Shown here piece after piece: positions 27,854 through 38,600 of a stretch of DNA of 59,695 nt; position 1 is the stretch's first letter, and each line of letters begins with the position of its first letter. Under the pieces are notes generated by a model that searched no databases, was not told where the DNA came from, and saw only the letters and a program-made list of their open reading frames with translations. Both the position numbers and the translations under genes were made by a program. The DNA is taken from NCBI GenBank assembly GCA_045106735.1, contig JBGCEZ010000099.1:1-59695 (forward strand). Reading direction: 5' to 3'. The DNA comes from Phycisphaerales bacterium. GTDB taxonomy: Bacteria; Planctomycetota; Phycisphaerae; Phycisphaerales; SM1A02.

Positions 27854-29887
27854 ATGCCGATGACCACCCCGTCATCTTCTCCATCGGACGGCCATTCTTC
27901 GCGTACTTCTGGCCCCGGCCCCGGCCCCGGCCCCGGCCCTGACCCGGCTTCGGCGTCGACGCGGGCACATGCATCCGCGCCGGCGATGACGCCGGCCCCC
28001 GGGTCGGCCCCGGCGATCGCACCGCCGCTCGCCGCTGCCGCCGCCGGTGCCGCCGCCCCCGCTCCCGCCCCCTCGCCGACCGCTTCAGGGTCCCCAGCCG
28101 GACTTCGCCCACTGGACGTCCTGCGGATCGGCGCGATCGCTCTCGGCGCCGGCGGCGCAGCGGGCTCCATCGCCCTGATTGCCCCGCCTGTGGTCGCGGC
28201 GCCGGTGCTCTTGGGCGCGGTCGCGACGCTCGCCGGATGGTCGGCCGTCCGGACCCGACGCGCGTCCATGCTGCGCGGCGGTCTCGGCGAAGTCTTGAAC
28301 GATGTCGACCGCGCGGTCGGACGGGCTCCGTCGACGTCGGACGATGATTTGGTGACCCGCTTGGCCTCGGGCGTCGAGATTCTCGGCCGGGCGCTGGCGG
28401 TGCGGGACGAACGACTGGGCCAGCTCGACGGGGCGATTCGCGACGAAGCGACGCGTCGCACCCAGCGTCATGACGACCAAGGGCACGCCTGGGAAGCCTT
28501 CCTCGCCCGGTTGAGCCATGAGGCGCGGACGCGGCTGACCACCCTGCGGGGCAGCATCGATGACCTCGCCGGCGTTGCGGCGCAGGACCGTTCGGATCAC
28601 GCGGCGATGGACCAGGCCACGTACCGCACCATGGCCGACGGCCTCGAACGCTTGACGCGCTTGCTCGATGAGACCATCGACCTGTCGCATCTCGAGTCGG
28701 GGCGGTTGGAACCGAATCTCACCGAGTTTCCCGTCAGTGAGCTGATCGCCGACGTCCTGGCCGACGCCCTGCCAGCGGCCGTCGGGGCTGAAGTCGGCTT
28801 GTCGGCCCGTGCGGTAGATCCGATTCCGGGGCGCGTGCGCACCGATCGACACCGTGTTCAGCAGTTGCTCGGCGACCTGATCGGGCACGTGGTGCAGACC
28901 GCGGCCGGCACCGGCGACGTCTCGATCGAACTCTCGCGCACGCTGCCTGGTCCTCAGACGTCGACCGGCGACTGTCCGACGAACACCGGTGCCCCGGTGC
29001 GGGTTGACGCGGTCGGCATCGGCGGCGGCTCGGAGCTTTCGATCCTGGTCTTCGACGATGCGGGCACCATTGATCCCGACTCGATGTCCACCGATCGTCC
29101 GGAACTGCGGATTGGCGACGGCCTTGCCCCGACCGATGGCCCGCATCTGGGCATGGTCATCGCCCGCACGATTGCTCGGCAGCTCGGTCTATCACTTTCC
29201 GTCGTGCGACTCGATGGCGGTGGATGTGCCTTCCGCGTGGGCATCCCGTTCGACGGCCCCGCCCATGAGCCGGTCACGCCGGAACGATTCGATCGCGCCG
29301 TGCGGGCGCTGGACGATGCTCGGCGATCGAGCGAACGCGAACGCCGCGAGCGAATCGAAGGGACCATCGCCGCCCATCTCGACGATGCGGGAGCGTCTGG
29401 ATCTGGCGAATCCCGCGGACTCGACGGGTTCCGAATTCTGCTGATCGAGGACCAGGCCGACATTCGGCGGCTGCTGTTGCGGCACTTGGGGCGAGCCGGA
29501 GCGGAGCTCGACATTGCGTCCGATGGAGCCGAGGGCTTGGTTGCCCTCGACGAAGCCGATGCATCGGGGCGTCCTTTCGACATGGCCGTGGTGGATCTGC
29601 GGCTGCCCGGGGTCGATGGGCTCGAGGTCATCCGTCGCGAGCAGGCGCGGGGCCGCGGGACGGGCTTGCTCGTCCTGACCGCCAGTGCGATGGCCGGTGA
29701 TCGCGATCGGTGCATCGAGGCCGGGGCGGATGCGTACATGTCCAAGCCATTCGACGCGGTGGAGCTGATCGAGCGTTGCCAGGAAGTGTCGGCGACGGCC
29801 ATGCATCGGCGTCGTCCCGATCGCGAGGATCATCCCGCCGGGGTGGGCACGGTCTTCCGCCGCGGAGCTGAACGCCGCGTGGGCTGA
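27854..29887 (+). CDS. Hybrid sensor histidine kinase / response regulator with a Gly-Pro-rich N-terminus and two TM segments
   Basis: H-box LSHEARTRLTTLRGSIDDL, a HATPase_c region, then a receiver domain (ILLIEDQADIRRLL...DMAVVDLRLPGVDGLEV...YMSKPFD). N-terminal (GP)n is encoded by (CCCCGG)n around 27912-27940. True start may be downstream (e.g. 27986). Confidence 0.75.
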   Translation: MPMTTPSSSPSDGHSSRTSGPGPGPGPGPDPASASTRAHASAPAMTPAPGSAPAIAPPLAAAAAGAAAPAPAPSPTASGSPAGLRPLDVLRIGAIALGAGGAAGSIALIAPPVVAAPVLLGAVATLAGWSAVRTRRASMLRGGLGEVLNDVDRAVGRAPSTSDDDLVTRLASGVEILGRALAVRDERLGQLDGAIRDEATRRTQRHDDQGHAWEAFLARLSHEARTRLTTLRGSIDDLAGVAAQDRSDHAAMDQATYRTMADGLERLTRLLDETIDLSHLESGRLEPNLTEFPVSELIADVLADALPAAVGAEVGLSARAVDPIPGRVRTDRHRVQQLLGDLIGHVVQTAAGTGDVSIELSRTLPGPQTSTGDCPTNTGAPVRVDAVGIGGGSELSILVFDDAGTIDPDSMSTDRPELRIGDGLAPTDGPHLGMVIARTIARQLGLSLSVVRLDGGGCAFRVGIPFDGPAHEPVTPERFDRAVRALDDARRSSERERRERIEGTIAAHLDDAGASGSGESRGLDGFRILLIEDQADIRRLLLRHLGRAGAELDIASDGAEGLVALDEADASGRPFDMAVVDLRLPGVDGLEVIRREQARGRGTGLLVLTASAMAGDRDRCIEAGADAYMSKPFDAVELIERCQEVSATAMHRRRPDREDHPAGVGTVFRRGAERRVG

Positions 29888-30099
29888 CGCCCGGGAGACG
29901 CGTGGTCTTTCCGGACGGTGCGACGGTGGCCGTCGCTGCGCGAAACCGCCTGGTCGCTCCAACGCGGTGCGGATTGGCAACCCCCCCGCGTACCCCGGGT
30001 TTGACGCTGATTCAGCCTTCGGATCTTGCCGGCCGCAGGGGTGAGGGGTAGCTTCAGAGCGGAGCTCGCCGGCGGCGGCGCGACCGCCCGGAGCCGAGC

Positions 30100-32928
30100 A
30101 TGCAATCGCCTCGACCAACCACTGCGAGACTGGTTCCACACCGAGTTGGCATCGTCGGCGCGGTGGGTACGTCGGTCTTGACAGCTGGCGTGCTCCTGGC
30201 CGGGCCAGGCGTCGGAGCTGGTGCTGGTGCTGGAGCTGGCTCTGGCACTGGGATTGGGATTGGCACTGGCACTGGCATTGGCACTGGCATTGGCACTGGC
30301 ATTGGCATTGGCACTGGAACTGGTGCCGGGGCCGGGGTCGCACCCTCGGGACTCGCGCCGACGCACGTCGCGAGCGCGGCGACCCACGGCACCACGACCG
30401 TCGTCGACGGGATTGATCGGTCGCGGATCGGTCCGGCGCCGTTCGGCACGATCCACGTCGCTCCCTCGACGTTCGGCCGGACACCCGTCGACCCGACATC
30501 GGCCGCTGAACTCGGGGCGTGGTTGGATCAATGGTGCGTGTCCTGTCATGCCGAACCGGAGGCGGCGTACGGGCTCGACCTGGAACCATTCACGGTTCGG
30601 TTGTTGGGCGCGGGCGAAGTCGATCTTGCCACGGATGCCGACGACATCGATCTGCTTCGATTGGTCGCATCGCGACTTGAAGATCAGAGCATGCCGCCGA
30701 CGCGCCGCCGTCCGGCGGATGCCGAGTACGACCGGGCGATGGAGGTGATCGCCGCGCTGATCGAGGCGGCCGGAGGGAATGTCGGCGCCGCCGATGACGG
30801 GGTGGTCCAGCCGGCGCCGGTGCGGCGAATCTCCCGGGCCGAGTATGTCCGATCGATACGCGATCTGACGGGCGTCCGCATCGATGCTGCGTCGCTCCCC
30901 CCCGACGAGATCGGGCACGGCTTTGATACGAACGCTGGCGCGCTGACCATGCCGCCGCTTCGGTTCGAGCAGTACGTCGACATGGCCGAGCGCATCGCCC
31001 AGGAAGCGATCGTGGATGTGCGGGCCCCGCGGCGGCAGTTGATGTTTGGCGCTGGCAAACTTGCACTGGCCCGTGGAAAAGGGCGAGCGGGGGCCGCGGA
31101 AATTCTCATCTGGAGCAACGACGAGGCTTTCGTCGACGTGGAAGTGCCACGGACCGGCCGGTATCGCCTCGTGGCCGAAGTCAAAGGGCAGCAGGCCGGG
31201 GCCAACCCGGTGCGCATGGAACTGCGCGCGGGCGTCGGCCAAACGGAAGGCCACCGAGTCGTCGAGCACATGGTGCCGACGCTGATCGAATCGGAATTCA
31301 CGCTCTCGGCGGGCACGGTGCGCCTCGCCGCCGCCTTCGTCAACGACTACCACCAACCCAGGGCCGCGGACCCGAACCAACGCGACCGCAACGCAATGGT
31401 GCGGTGGATTCGGCTCGATGGCCCGCTCGGAATGGCCGAGCCGACGGCCATGCAAGCGGATTTGGCCGCGCGGCACGGGGGGGAATCCGCGGACGATGCG
31501 TGGGTCGCCGCCGCGATTGAGCTGGCCAGCCGGGCGTGGCGCCGGCCCCTCGAACCGTCGGAGTCCGACGCGCTGATCGCCATGGTCCGCGACGTCACGG
31601 CAGCGACCGACGTGGCCGCCGATGTCGATGCCGATGCGCGAGCCGATGCTGCAAGCGCTGCGCCGGGCAACGCGCCGGGCAACGCGCCGGGCAACGATCC
31701 GGACAACGCGCCGGGCATCGGCTCTGACAACGCGCCGGGTAACACCGCCGGCGCCGCGGCAGCGGATGCGAACGCCGCCGCCGATCCTCGGGCCGCGCTC
31801 AAGCGACTCGGCCACGAAGAGCTTCGCGTCGCGCTCACCGCCATCCTGGCCCATCCGCGATTCCTGTACTTGGCTCCGGATGCCGCCGCCGATCGGCCGA
31901 ATGGCGGCGACTGGTCGCTCGCCGCCCGAATCGCCGCCCTCTTGTGGTCGAGCGTTCCCGATCCGGCGCTGGCCGACGCCGTCGCCGGTGGCGAAATGGC
32001 CACGTCCGGCGGACGACGCGCGATCGTCGCCCGGATGATTGACGATCCCCGTTCGGTTGCACTGGCCGAACGATTCGCGGTCCAGTGGCTGCAGATTGGC
32101 GCGATCGACGAACGATCGCCGGATCCAGAACGCTTCCCTGGCGTGGACGAAGCCATGCGGCAACGCATGCGGCAAGAGACGGTGCTCTTTGTCGACGACG
32201 TGGTGCGCGGCCGCCGGCCAATCTGGGATTTGCTCGATGCGGCCGACACGTTTCTGAATGCACCGTTGGCCGAACACTACGGCGTGGAAGGTGTCGACGG
32301 AACGGAGATGCGGCGGGTCACGCTGGACGGGCAGGCGCCGCTCGGCGTCCTGCGGCACGGCAGCGTGCTCCTCACGACGAGCAACCCGACGCGGACCAGC
32401 CCGGTCAAACGGGGCAAGTGGGTGCTCGAAGCGCTGCTCGACGATCCGCCGCCGCCGGCTCCGGCCGACATCCCCGCCTTGCCGCGCGATGGCGAACCCC
32501 ACGACGACCTTTCGCTGCGTGAATTGCTCGAACAGCACCGCGAAGACCCATCCTGCGCCGGGTGCCACCAGCGCATGGACCCACTCGGCTTTGCGCTGGA
32601 GCGCTTCGACGCCGTCGGCCGACGCCGAATGGACGTCGGCGGCCGCCCGGTCGACGTCGCCGCTGAACTCCCCGACGGAACGACCTTCAGTGGACCGGTC
32701 GGCCTCCGCGACCTGCTGCTCGATGTGCGCCGGGACGATGTGGCCCGTTCCGCCGTGCGGCATCTGGCCATCTTTGCCCTCGGCCGCGGTCTCGAATCGG
32801 CCGACGATTCATGGATCGAGCCCATCGTCGCCGACCTTTTGGCCGGGGGCCCGCCCACCTTTGAACGCATCGTGCTCGGCATCGTCGAGTCGCCCGCGTT
32901 CCGCCCTTCGACTGGAGATCGCCCGTGA
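30100..32928 (+). CDS. Planctomycete-type PSCyt (cytochrome-c-like CxxCH) / DUF1592-family protein
   Basis: WLDQWCVSCHAEPEAAYGLDLEPF contains CxxCH in the PSCyt1 context. Downstream blocks resemble the DUF1587/1592/1595-type domains that accompany DUF1552 partners. N-terminal signal plus a (GAGAGTGIG)n tract encoded by a GGCAYT hexanucleotide microsatellite (30230-30340). Confidence 0.7.
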   Translation: MQSPRPTTARLVPHRVGIVGAVGTSVLTAGVLLAGPGVGAGAGAGAGSGTGIGIGTGTGIGTGIGTGIGIGTGTGAGAGVAPSGLAPTHVASAATHGTTTVVDGIDRSRIGPAPFGTIHVAPSTFGRTPVDPTSAAELGAWLDQWCVSCHAEPEAAYGLDLEPFTVRLLGAGEVDLATDADDIDLLRLVASRLEDQSMPPTRRRPADAEYDRAMEVIAALIEAAGGNVGAADDGVVQPAPVRRISRAEYVRSIRDLTGVRIDAASLPPDEIGHGFDTNAGALTMPPLRFEQYVDMAERIAQEAIVDVRAPRRQLMFGAGKLALARGKGRAGAAEILIWSNDEAFVDVEVPRTGRYRLVAEVKGQQAGANPVRMELRAGVGQTEGHRVVEHMVPTLIESEFTLSAGTVRLAAAFVNDYHQPRAADPNQRDRNAMVRWIRLDGPLGMAEPTAMQADLAARHGGESADDAWVAAAIELASRAWRRPLEPSESDALIAMVRDVTAATDVAADVDADARADAASAAPGNAPGNAPGNDPDNAPGIGSDNAPGNTAGAAAADANAAADPRAALKRLGHEELRVALTAILAHPRFLYLAPDAAADRPNGGDWSLAARIAALLWSSVPDPALADAVAGGEMATSGGRRAIVARMIDDPRSVALAERFAVQWLQIGAIDERSPDPERFPGVDEAMRQRMRQETVLFVDDVVRGRRPIWDLLDAADTFLNAPLAEHYGVEGVDGTEMRRVTLDGQAPLGVLRHGSVLLTTSNPTRTSPVKRGKWVLEALLDDPPPPAPADIPALPRDGEPHDDLSLRELLEQHREDPSCAGCHQRMDPLGFALERFDAVGRRRMDVGGRPVDVAAELPDGTTFSGPVGLRDLLLDVRRDDVARSAVRHLAIFALGRGLESADDSWIEPIVADLLAGGPPTFERIVLGIVESPAFRPSTGDRP

Positions 32929-34361
32929 GTGACCCTCGACTGGATCGACGCACGGCCCTCCGCGGCTTTGGGGCGGCGGTCGCGCTGCCATGGCTCGACG
33001 CAATGGTCAGCGAAACGTCGGCCTTGGCCGGATCGACCGCGCTCTCGCGTCGCCGGGCAGCGGCGGCGGCCGAAATGGCGGCGGGTACCGCGCAGGCTGC
33101 GGGCACTGCGGCAGCATCGGGGGCGGCGCCGGTTCGCATGGTGCACTGCTTTGTGCCCAATGGCGTCGACCCCGGAGCCTGGTTCCCCGCCGGCGACGAC
33201 GCGGCAGCCAGCGCGACTCCGCTGCCGACGTCCCTCGAACCGCTGGAAGGCCTGCGCGATCGATTCACGATGATCCGCGGCTTGTCGCACGACAACGCCC
33301 GAGCCAAGGGCGACGGCCCCGGCGACCACGCCCGCAGCTCCGCGTGCTTCCTCACCGGTGCCCATCCCGTCAAGACGGCGGGCGACGACATCGCCGCCGG
33401 CGTCTCCGTCGACCAGATTGCGGCCCAGCGGATTGGCAATCGCACGCCGCTGGCGTCACTCGAACTTGGCTGCGAACCCGCACTGCGTTCGGGCAACTGC
33501 GACTCCGGCTACTCCTGTGCGTACAGCGCGAACATCTCGTGGCGTTCGCCGACGCAGCCGAACCTCAAGGAAGTTCGGCCGCGGGCGGTCTTCGAACGGC
33601 TCTTTGCCATGGGCCCGGAAGGCGAGTCAGCCAAGGCCCGTGCCCGGCGCCTGACCCGGCGCAAGTCGATCCTTGACTACGTGTCCGGCGATGCCCGGCG
33701 GCTGGAGTCCGAACTCGGGGTGAACGATCGCCACCGGATGGGCGAGTACCTCGAGAGCGTGCGGGCGCTCGAGAAGCGCGTCGAAGCGATGGAACGGGCG
33801 ACGGATGACCCGTCGGAAGTTGCCGGATTCGATGTGCCTCGAGGCGTGCCCGGCGACTACCGCGAGCACGTTCGGCTCATGAATGAATTGATCGTGCTGG
33901 CCCTGCGGACCGATCGCACCCGCGTGGCGACGTTCATGTTGGCCAATGAAGGGTCGAACCGGCCGTTTCCTTTCCTGGATGTCGCCGAAGGGCACCACCA
34001 TCTTTCGCACCACGGGGGCGACGAGTCGATGGTGACCAAGATTCAGCGGATCAACCGATTCCAGTCCGAGCTCTTTGCCGACCTTGTCCGGCGCATGGAC
34101 GAAGTCGACGAGCCGGGCGGCTCCCTGTTGGACCACTCCATGGTGCTGTTCGGGAGTGCGATCCGCGATGGCAATCGCCACGATCACCACGACCTGCCGG
34201 TGCTGCTGGCCGGCGGTGGCGGCGGGACCCTGCGGCCCGGCCGCGTCGTGACCGTGCCCAAGAAGACGCCGATGTGCAACTTGCTGCTGTCGATGCTCCA
34301 CCGGATGGAAGTCCAGGTCCCGAGCTTCGGCGACTCGACGGGTGAGTTGGCCGAGATCTAA
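32925..34361 (+). CDS. DUF1552-family protein (TAT-signal) partner of the upstream DUF1592-family gene
   Basis: N-terminal RRTALRGFGAAVALPWLDAMV is the characteristic TAT-type start of DUF1552 proteins. GTGA overlap with the upstream stop. Confidence 0.65.
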   Translation: MSDPRLDRRTALRGFGAAVALPWLDAMVSETSALAGSTALSRRRAAAAAEMAAGTAQAAGTAAASGAAPVRMVHCFVPNGVDPGAWFPAGDDAAASATPLPTSLEPLEGLRDRFTMIRGLSHDNARAKGDGPGDHARSSACFLTGAHPVKTAGDDIAAGVSVDQIAAQRIGNRTPLASLELGCEPALRSGNCDSGYSCAYSANISWRSPTQPNLKEVRPRAVFERLFAMGPEGESAKARARRLTRRKSILDYVSGDARRLESELGVNDRHRMGEYLESVRALEKRVEAMERATDDPSEVAGFDVPRGVPGDYREHVRLMNELIVLALRTDRTRVATFMLANEGSNRPFPFLDVAEGHHHLSHHGGDESMVTKIQRINRFQSELFADLVRRMDEVDEPGGSLLDHSMVLFGSAIRDGNRHDHHDLPVLLAGGGGGTLRPGRVVTVPKKTPMCNLLLSMLHRMEVQVPSFGDSTGELAEI

Positions 34362-34364
34362 CGT

Positions 34365-34490
34365 GGCGACGGCGACGGCGACGGCTGCGGCGACGACGAC
34401 TGCGACGGCGACGGCGACTGCTGCGGCTGCGGCGATGGCGACTGCGACGGCGACTGCTGCGGCTGCGGCGATGGCGACTGCGACTGGGGC
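34365..34490. repeat. Intergenic GCN-triplet minisatellite including a perfect 36-bp tandem duplication (34413-34448 / 34449-34484)
   Basis: ggcgactgctgcggctgcggcgatggcgactgcgac occurs twice back to back, preceded by a degenerate copy. Seen directly in the sequence. Confidence 0.65.
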
Positions 34491-34847
34491 AACGGCTGCT
34501 GGGACTGCGACTGCGGCGGTGCGAGAGCGACGAGTACCGCCGAGCCGAGAGCGACTCGTGACGGGCCCCGAACCGCGACTCGGGATGCCCCTGGGGCCCC
34601 ATGGTCCCATTCGAGCGGCTCGCACCGGTGAATTGGTCTTCGGGGGGTCGCCCGCACTACCATCCCTCTTTCCCACCGGCACCTTCGGCCGGGTCTTGAT
34701 CGTCGGCGCGATCGCTTGCCGATCTCGCCACGACCGCCACCGTTCCGGGCGACATCTCCACGCGTTCCGTTCCTTGCTTGGCCGCCGCGAACCCGCCCTC
34801 TTCGGCGGCCTGAGACTGCGGCGCTGATCCCCTTTCCGCTGGTGCCG

Positions 34848-35633
34848 ATGACCGATCTGACTGCAACTCGCCGCCTTGTCGCCGCTCTCGCCGTTCCGGT
34901 CGCTCTTCTCGCGATGCTTGGCGGTTGCGGCGATCTGCGGGTGACCGATCCGCCGCGCACCGCAACCGAGCAGTTCTTGGTTTCGACCGCGGTGTCGCAG
35001 GCCATTGGGCAGCTCACGACCGCGCCGCTGCGGGATCGTGTCGTCTTTGTCGACACCAGCTACGTGCTCTCGTCCGGCGATCCACTGCAGATCGACGACA
35101 TCCAGGTCTTGCTCAACAACCAAGACCGGCAGTTTCTCGCCGCCGAACTGCGAGCCCGGCTCTTGGGCGATGGCGTTCGTGTGGCCGACTCGGCCGACGA
35201 GGCGGAAATCGTGCTCGAAGTCCGCACTGGCGGGCTCGGCGTTGACCGATCGGACTTCCTCTTTGGTCTGCCGCCATTCCTGATACCGGCGACCGGAACC
35301 GGCGATACGAACATCGGCGGCGGCACGCTGATCGCTCCGGAGCTGGCGATCGTCAAGAACATCGAGCAGCGCGGCTACGCGAGCATTGCGTACGTGGCGT
35401 ATTGGCGCGAGTCTGGCGAAATCGTCGGGGCGTCCGGTCCGTTCCTGGGCCAGACCGACCGCGTGGACTGGTGGTTCTTCGGCAGCGGTCCGCGGACCAG
35501 CGGCAACATTCCCACTGCCGGTCCGCCGCCCGCGCGTGAAGGGGCTGAAGATGGCGATGGCGAAGACGCCAAGCCCTCGGCCGGCGAACCAGAACGCACA
35601 TCTCCCTTCGATGAGCCGCCCGATGAGCGGTGA
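34848..35633 (+). CDS. Hypothetical lipoprotein (lipobox LAMLGGC)
   Basis: MTDLTATRRLVAALAVPVALLAMLGGCGD is a signal peptide with a lipobox. ATG at 34848; the ORF extends upstream through repeat DNA. The 3' end overlaps the next gene. Confidence 0.55.
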   Translation: MTDLTATRRLVAALAVPVALLAMLGGCGDLRVTDPPRTATEQFLVSTAVSQAIGQLTTAPLRDRVVFVDTSYVLSSGDPLQIDDIQVLLNNQDRQFLAAELRARLLGDGVRVADSADEAEIVLEVRTGGLGVDRSDFLFGLPPFLIPATGTGDTNIGGGTLIAPELAIVKNIEQRGYASIAYVAYWRESGEIVGASGPFLGQTDRVDWWFFGSGPRTSGNIPTAGPPPAREGAEDGDGEDAKPSAGEPERTSPFDEPPDER

Positions 35634-38600
35634 ATCCAACGAGTCGGGCGCGTCGGCCACGCGGCCAGCTCGTCGGCGAAAGACTCGACACCAACGGCGC
35701 CAACGCCGGCGCGGACGTTGGCTGCGACGCATCGTCGTCCTGTCCGTACTCGGCGGCCTGGTGGTGGCCGGGGTTGTCATCACCGCCGAATGGGTGCGCC
35801 GCGGCGATCTTCCTCGCCAGATCGTGCGGGATCAGCTTGAGGCGACCCTCGGACTGCCGGTTGAGCTGGATGGCTTCCGATTCAGTTGGGGCGGGCGAAG
35901 CGAAGTGCAGGGCCTGCGACTCGGCTTGCCACTGCGCGATGGCGAATTTCTGTCGGTTGATTCGGTCACGATCGAGCATGCGGGCATCGTTCCGCTCGCG
36001 CTCACCCGCAACCTTGGCCTCACGTCCGTCGACATTGTCGACCCAGAGATCACGCTCGACCTGGGGGCCGGCGATCTCGCGTCGCTCCAAGAAGTCTTTG
36101 CCGCTCGGTTTGGCGGAAGCGGCGACTCGGCGAACGGGGCGCCAGCCGGCGGTGGCGGCGGAATCGGAATCGCCGGACTGCCGGATCTGTCCCTGCAAGG
36201 GCTGACCGTCCACCTCGCCGGGGTGCCGTCGGAAGACGGACCGCGCGATGTGAAGCTCGCCGGAGGGTCGATCACCCTGCAGTCCGCCGGGCGTTTGCAG
36301 TCGGACGTCCGCGTTGACGTTCCGGGCGTGGCGACGGTGGACGGCCGCGTGCACGGTGCGGCCCCGTGGTCGCATGAACTGCGTTTCGCGGTCCAGCCGA
36401 CGGGCGATCTTGCTGACCTGTTGCCCGCGGCCCTCGGCGACGCGGTGCTCGTTCGCGGCGCGCTCGACGGGCGCACCGGCCCGGTGAACGTGGTCGGGCG
36501 TTCGGCTGGCGGGGCGAATGGCGGCGCCACGGCGGGCGTGGTCACGGGGAACGTGGCCGGCTCCAGCCGCGTGCCATCCGGCCCGCCCTCCAACGGATAT
36601 TCAGCCGACCTGCGACTTGATGCGGCCCAAGCCGCCGGTGCATCGGTGCGCGGCGGGCTGCAGATCGCCTTCGCGGGCGGCACGGCGGACGTGCAGCCGG
36701 CGTCGCTGGTGGTGGAATTGCCGGCGGCACTGGCCGAAGCGCTGGCCGCCGCAGTTGAACCGCTGGGCGGGCTTGGCGTGGGGCCGCACACGGTTCGCGG
36801 CGGACGGGTGACGCGCGGAACGGATGGTCTGATCATGGTCGACGGGGTGGGGCTCGACGCCCACCGCACGTCGGTATTGCTTGACGCGATCGTGGATCCG
36901 TCCCGCGGCCGCGCCGGCGTGCGGGTCGACGTCTCGGGCGATGGTCTGGGTGATCCCTCGGAAGCGATGCGGGCGATGGTGGCGGAAGATTCGGATGCGG
37001 CGGATGCAGTGGAAGCGGCGCTTGATCGCGCGGCGGCACCGGGTGATCCCGCCGCCCAGGTCGCAGTATCCGCCGACGCGGCCGGCAAGCCGAGTTCGAC
37101 CGCCGCCGACCCGGTGATCGCCAACCCGCGCGGCGTTGATCCGGTTTCTGCGCCCGCTGCGCCCGCCGTCCCCGCCGCGCCCGTGGTTCCCATTGACCCA
37201 ATGGACGCCCTGACCGCGGACGACGCCGCGGAGTCCGCCACGCCAACGGGCCTTGCCATCCACGCCGCGGCCTTGGCGACGTGGACCAGCGACGGCGCGT
37301 GGACCGTCGATGCGGTGGTCGAGACTGGGGGGCGCGCGCCCGGCCTGGCGGGAGCCGGGGCGATTCGCGTGCGCGGTGCGTCGGCCGATGCCCAGCAGCA
37401 GTGGCGAATCATCGCCGACGACGTGGTGGTGGACCGCGGGACGGGCGAGGTCATCGCCTTGCCGCCGCTGTCGGCCCGGGTGCGCGGTGAAGCCGATGCG
37501 TGGTCGCTCGAATCGGCCGACTGGCTGCCGGCGGGCACGCGCGTGATGCGTCCAGAAGCGGCCTGGGCGGCGATTCAGCCGCGCGTGATCGCTTCAGACG
37601 AGCCGGGAATCGGCACCATCGTCGAGGCGAACGCTCCGGCCGTCGATCGACCGGGTCGCGCGGCGTCCGATGCTGCGGCCCGGCAATGGGCGTCGCAGAA
37701 CGTTGCCCTGACGCTGCGTGGTGTGCACCGTCCGGCCGACGCGCCGGCAACGGCGCTGCATGCCGACATGCGATGGACCGGCGATGTTCGCGAACTTGTG
37801 GGATTGGCTCCCGTTTCTCCGGCGGCGTCCGGCGCCGCCGCCCGCGGTTCAACGGCCAACGGTTCAGCGGCCAATGGTTCTGCTCCCGCGTCCGACCCTC
37901 CGGTCGCCAACCGGTTCACCATCGATCTGGACCGCATCGGCGACGGCCCGGTGGACGCGACCCTGCAGGGCCTCGTCGACAACGCGGCCATGGTCGGACG
38001 CGGCCGTTGGGCCCCGGAACTCGACCGGCCGCTCGAACTCGACGTGTCGGTCCGTCCGCGATCCGGCGATCGATTCGCGACGCCGGTGTCCGGCTGGACG
38101 GTTGCCGAGCTTGACGCCGATCTGGATGTACGCGGCGGATTCGACCCCGTTGCCTTCGATGCGACCGGAAGCGTGCGGCTGGCCCGCGTGCTGGCCGGCG
38201 ACGAACCGATCGGCGACGTGGTGGCCGAGCTCCGAGCCACGGGCAACGATGAACGCATCGCGGCGGAGCTGATGTCCGGCGACGTCTTTGGCGGCCCGGT
38301 CTCGGTCGACGGAACGTGGTGGCCGGCGACGACACGCTTGGAAGCAACGATTGACGCGGCTCCGGATCCGGACCGCGTCCCGTGGTCGCAGATTTTGCCG
38401 CCGACCGTCGCCAGTGCCCTGGATGTGCGAGCGATCGGGCCGCTGCAGGCGTCGGTCGTCATCGCGCCGTCGGCGTTTTCGCCGCCTCCATCGCCATCGC
38501 CATCGCCGTCTGCGGCAACTTCGCCCGTGACCGTGGCGGGCGGCGAATCGGCCAGCGCGTCCGGGGCGGCGAACGCCAGCGACACGCCCATCCGCATCAC

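Noticed and set aside
30001-30040. Sigma-70-like promoter (TTGACG ...17 nt... TCTTGC) upstream of the PSCyt gene
   Set aside because: The -10 element is poor. Consensus promoter spotting is unreliable in this GC-rich genome, so it is not reported as a feature.
34342-34827. 161-aa ORF encoding an Ala/Thr repeat protein (ATATATAAATTT...)
   Set aside because: It is the translation of the GCN-triplet minisatellite between the DUF1552-type gene and the lipoprotein gene. It is low complexity only, and the lipoprotein start at 34848 is in this frame, so it is at most a 5' extension artefact.
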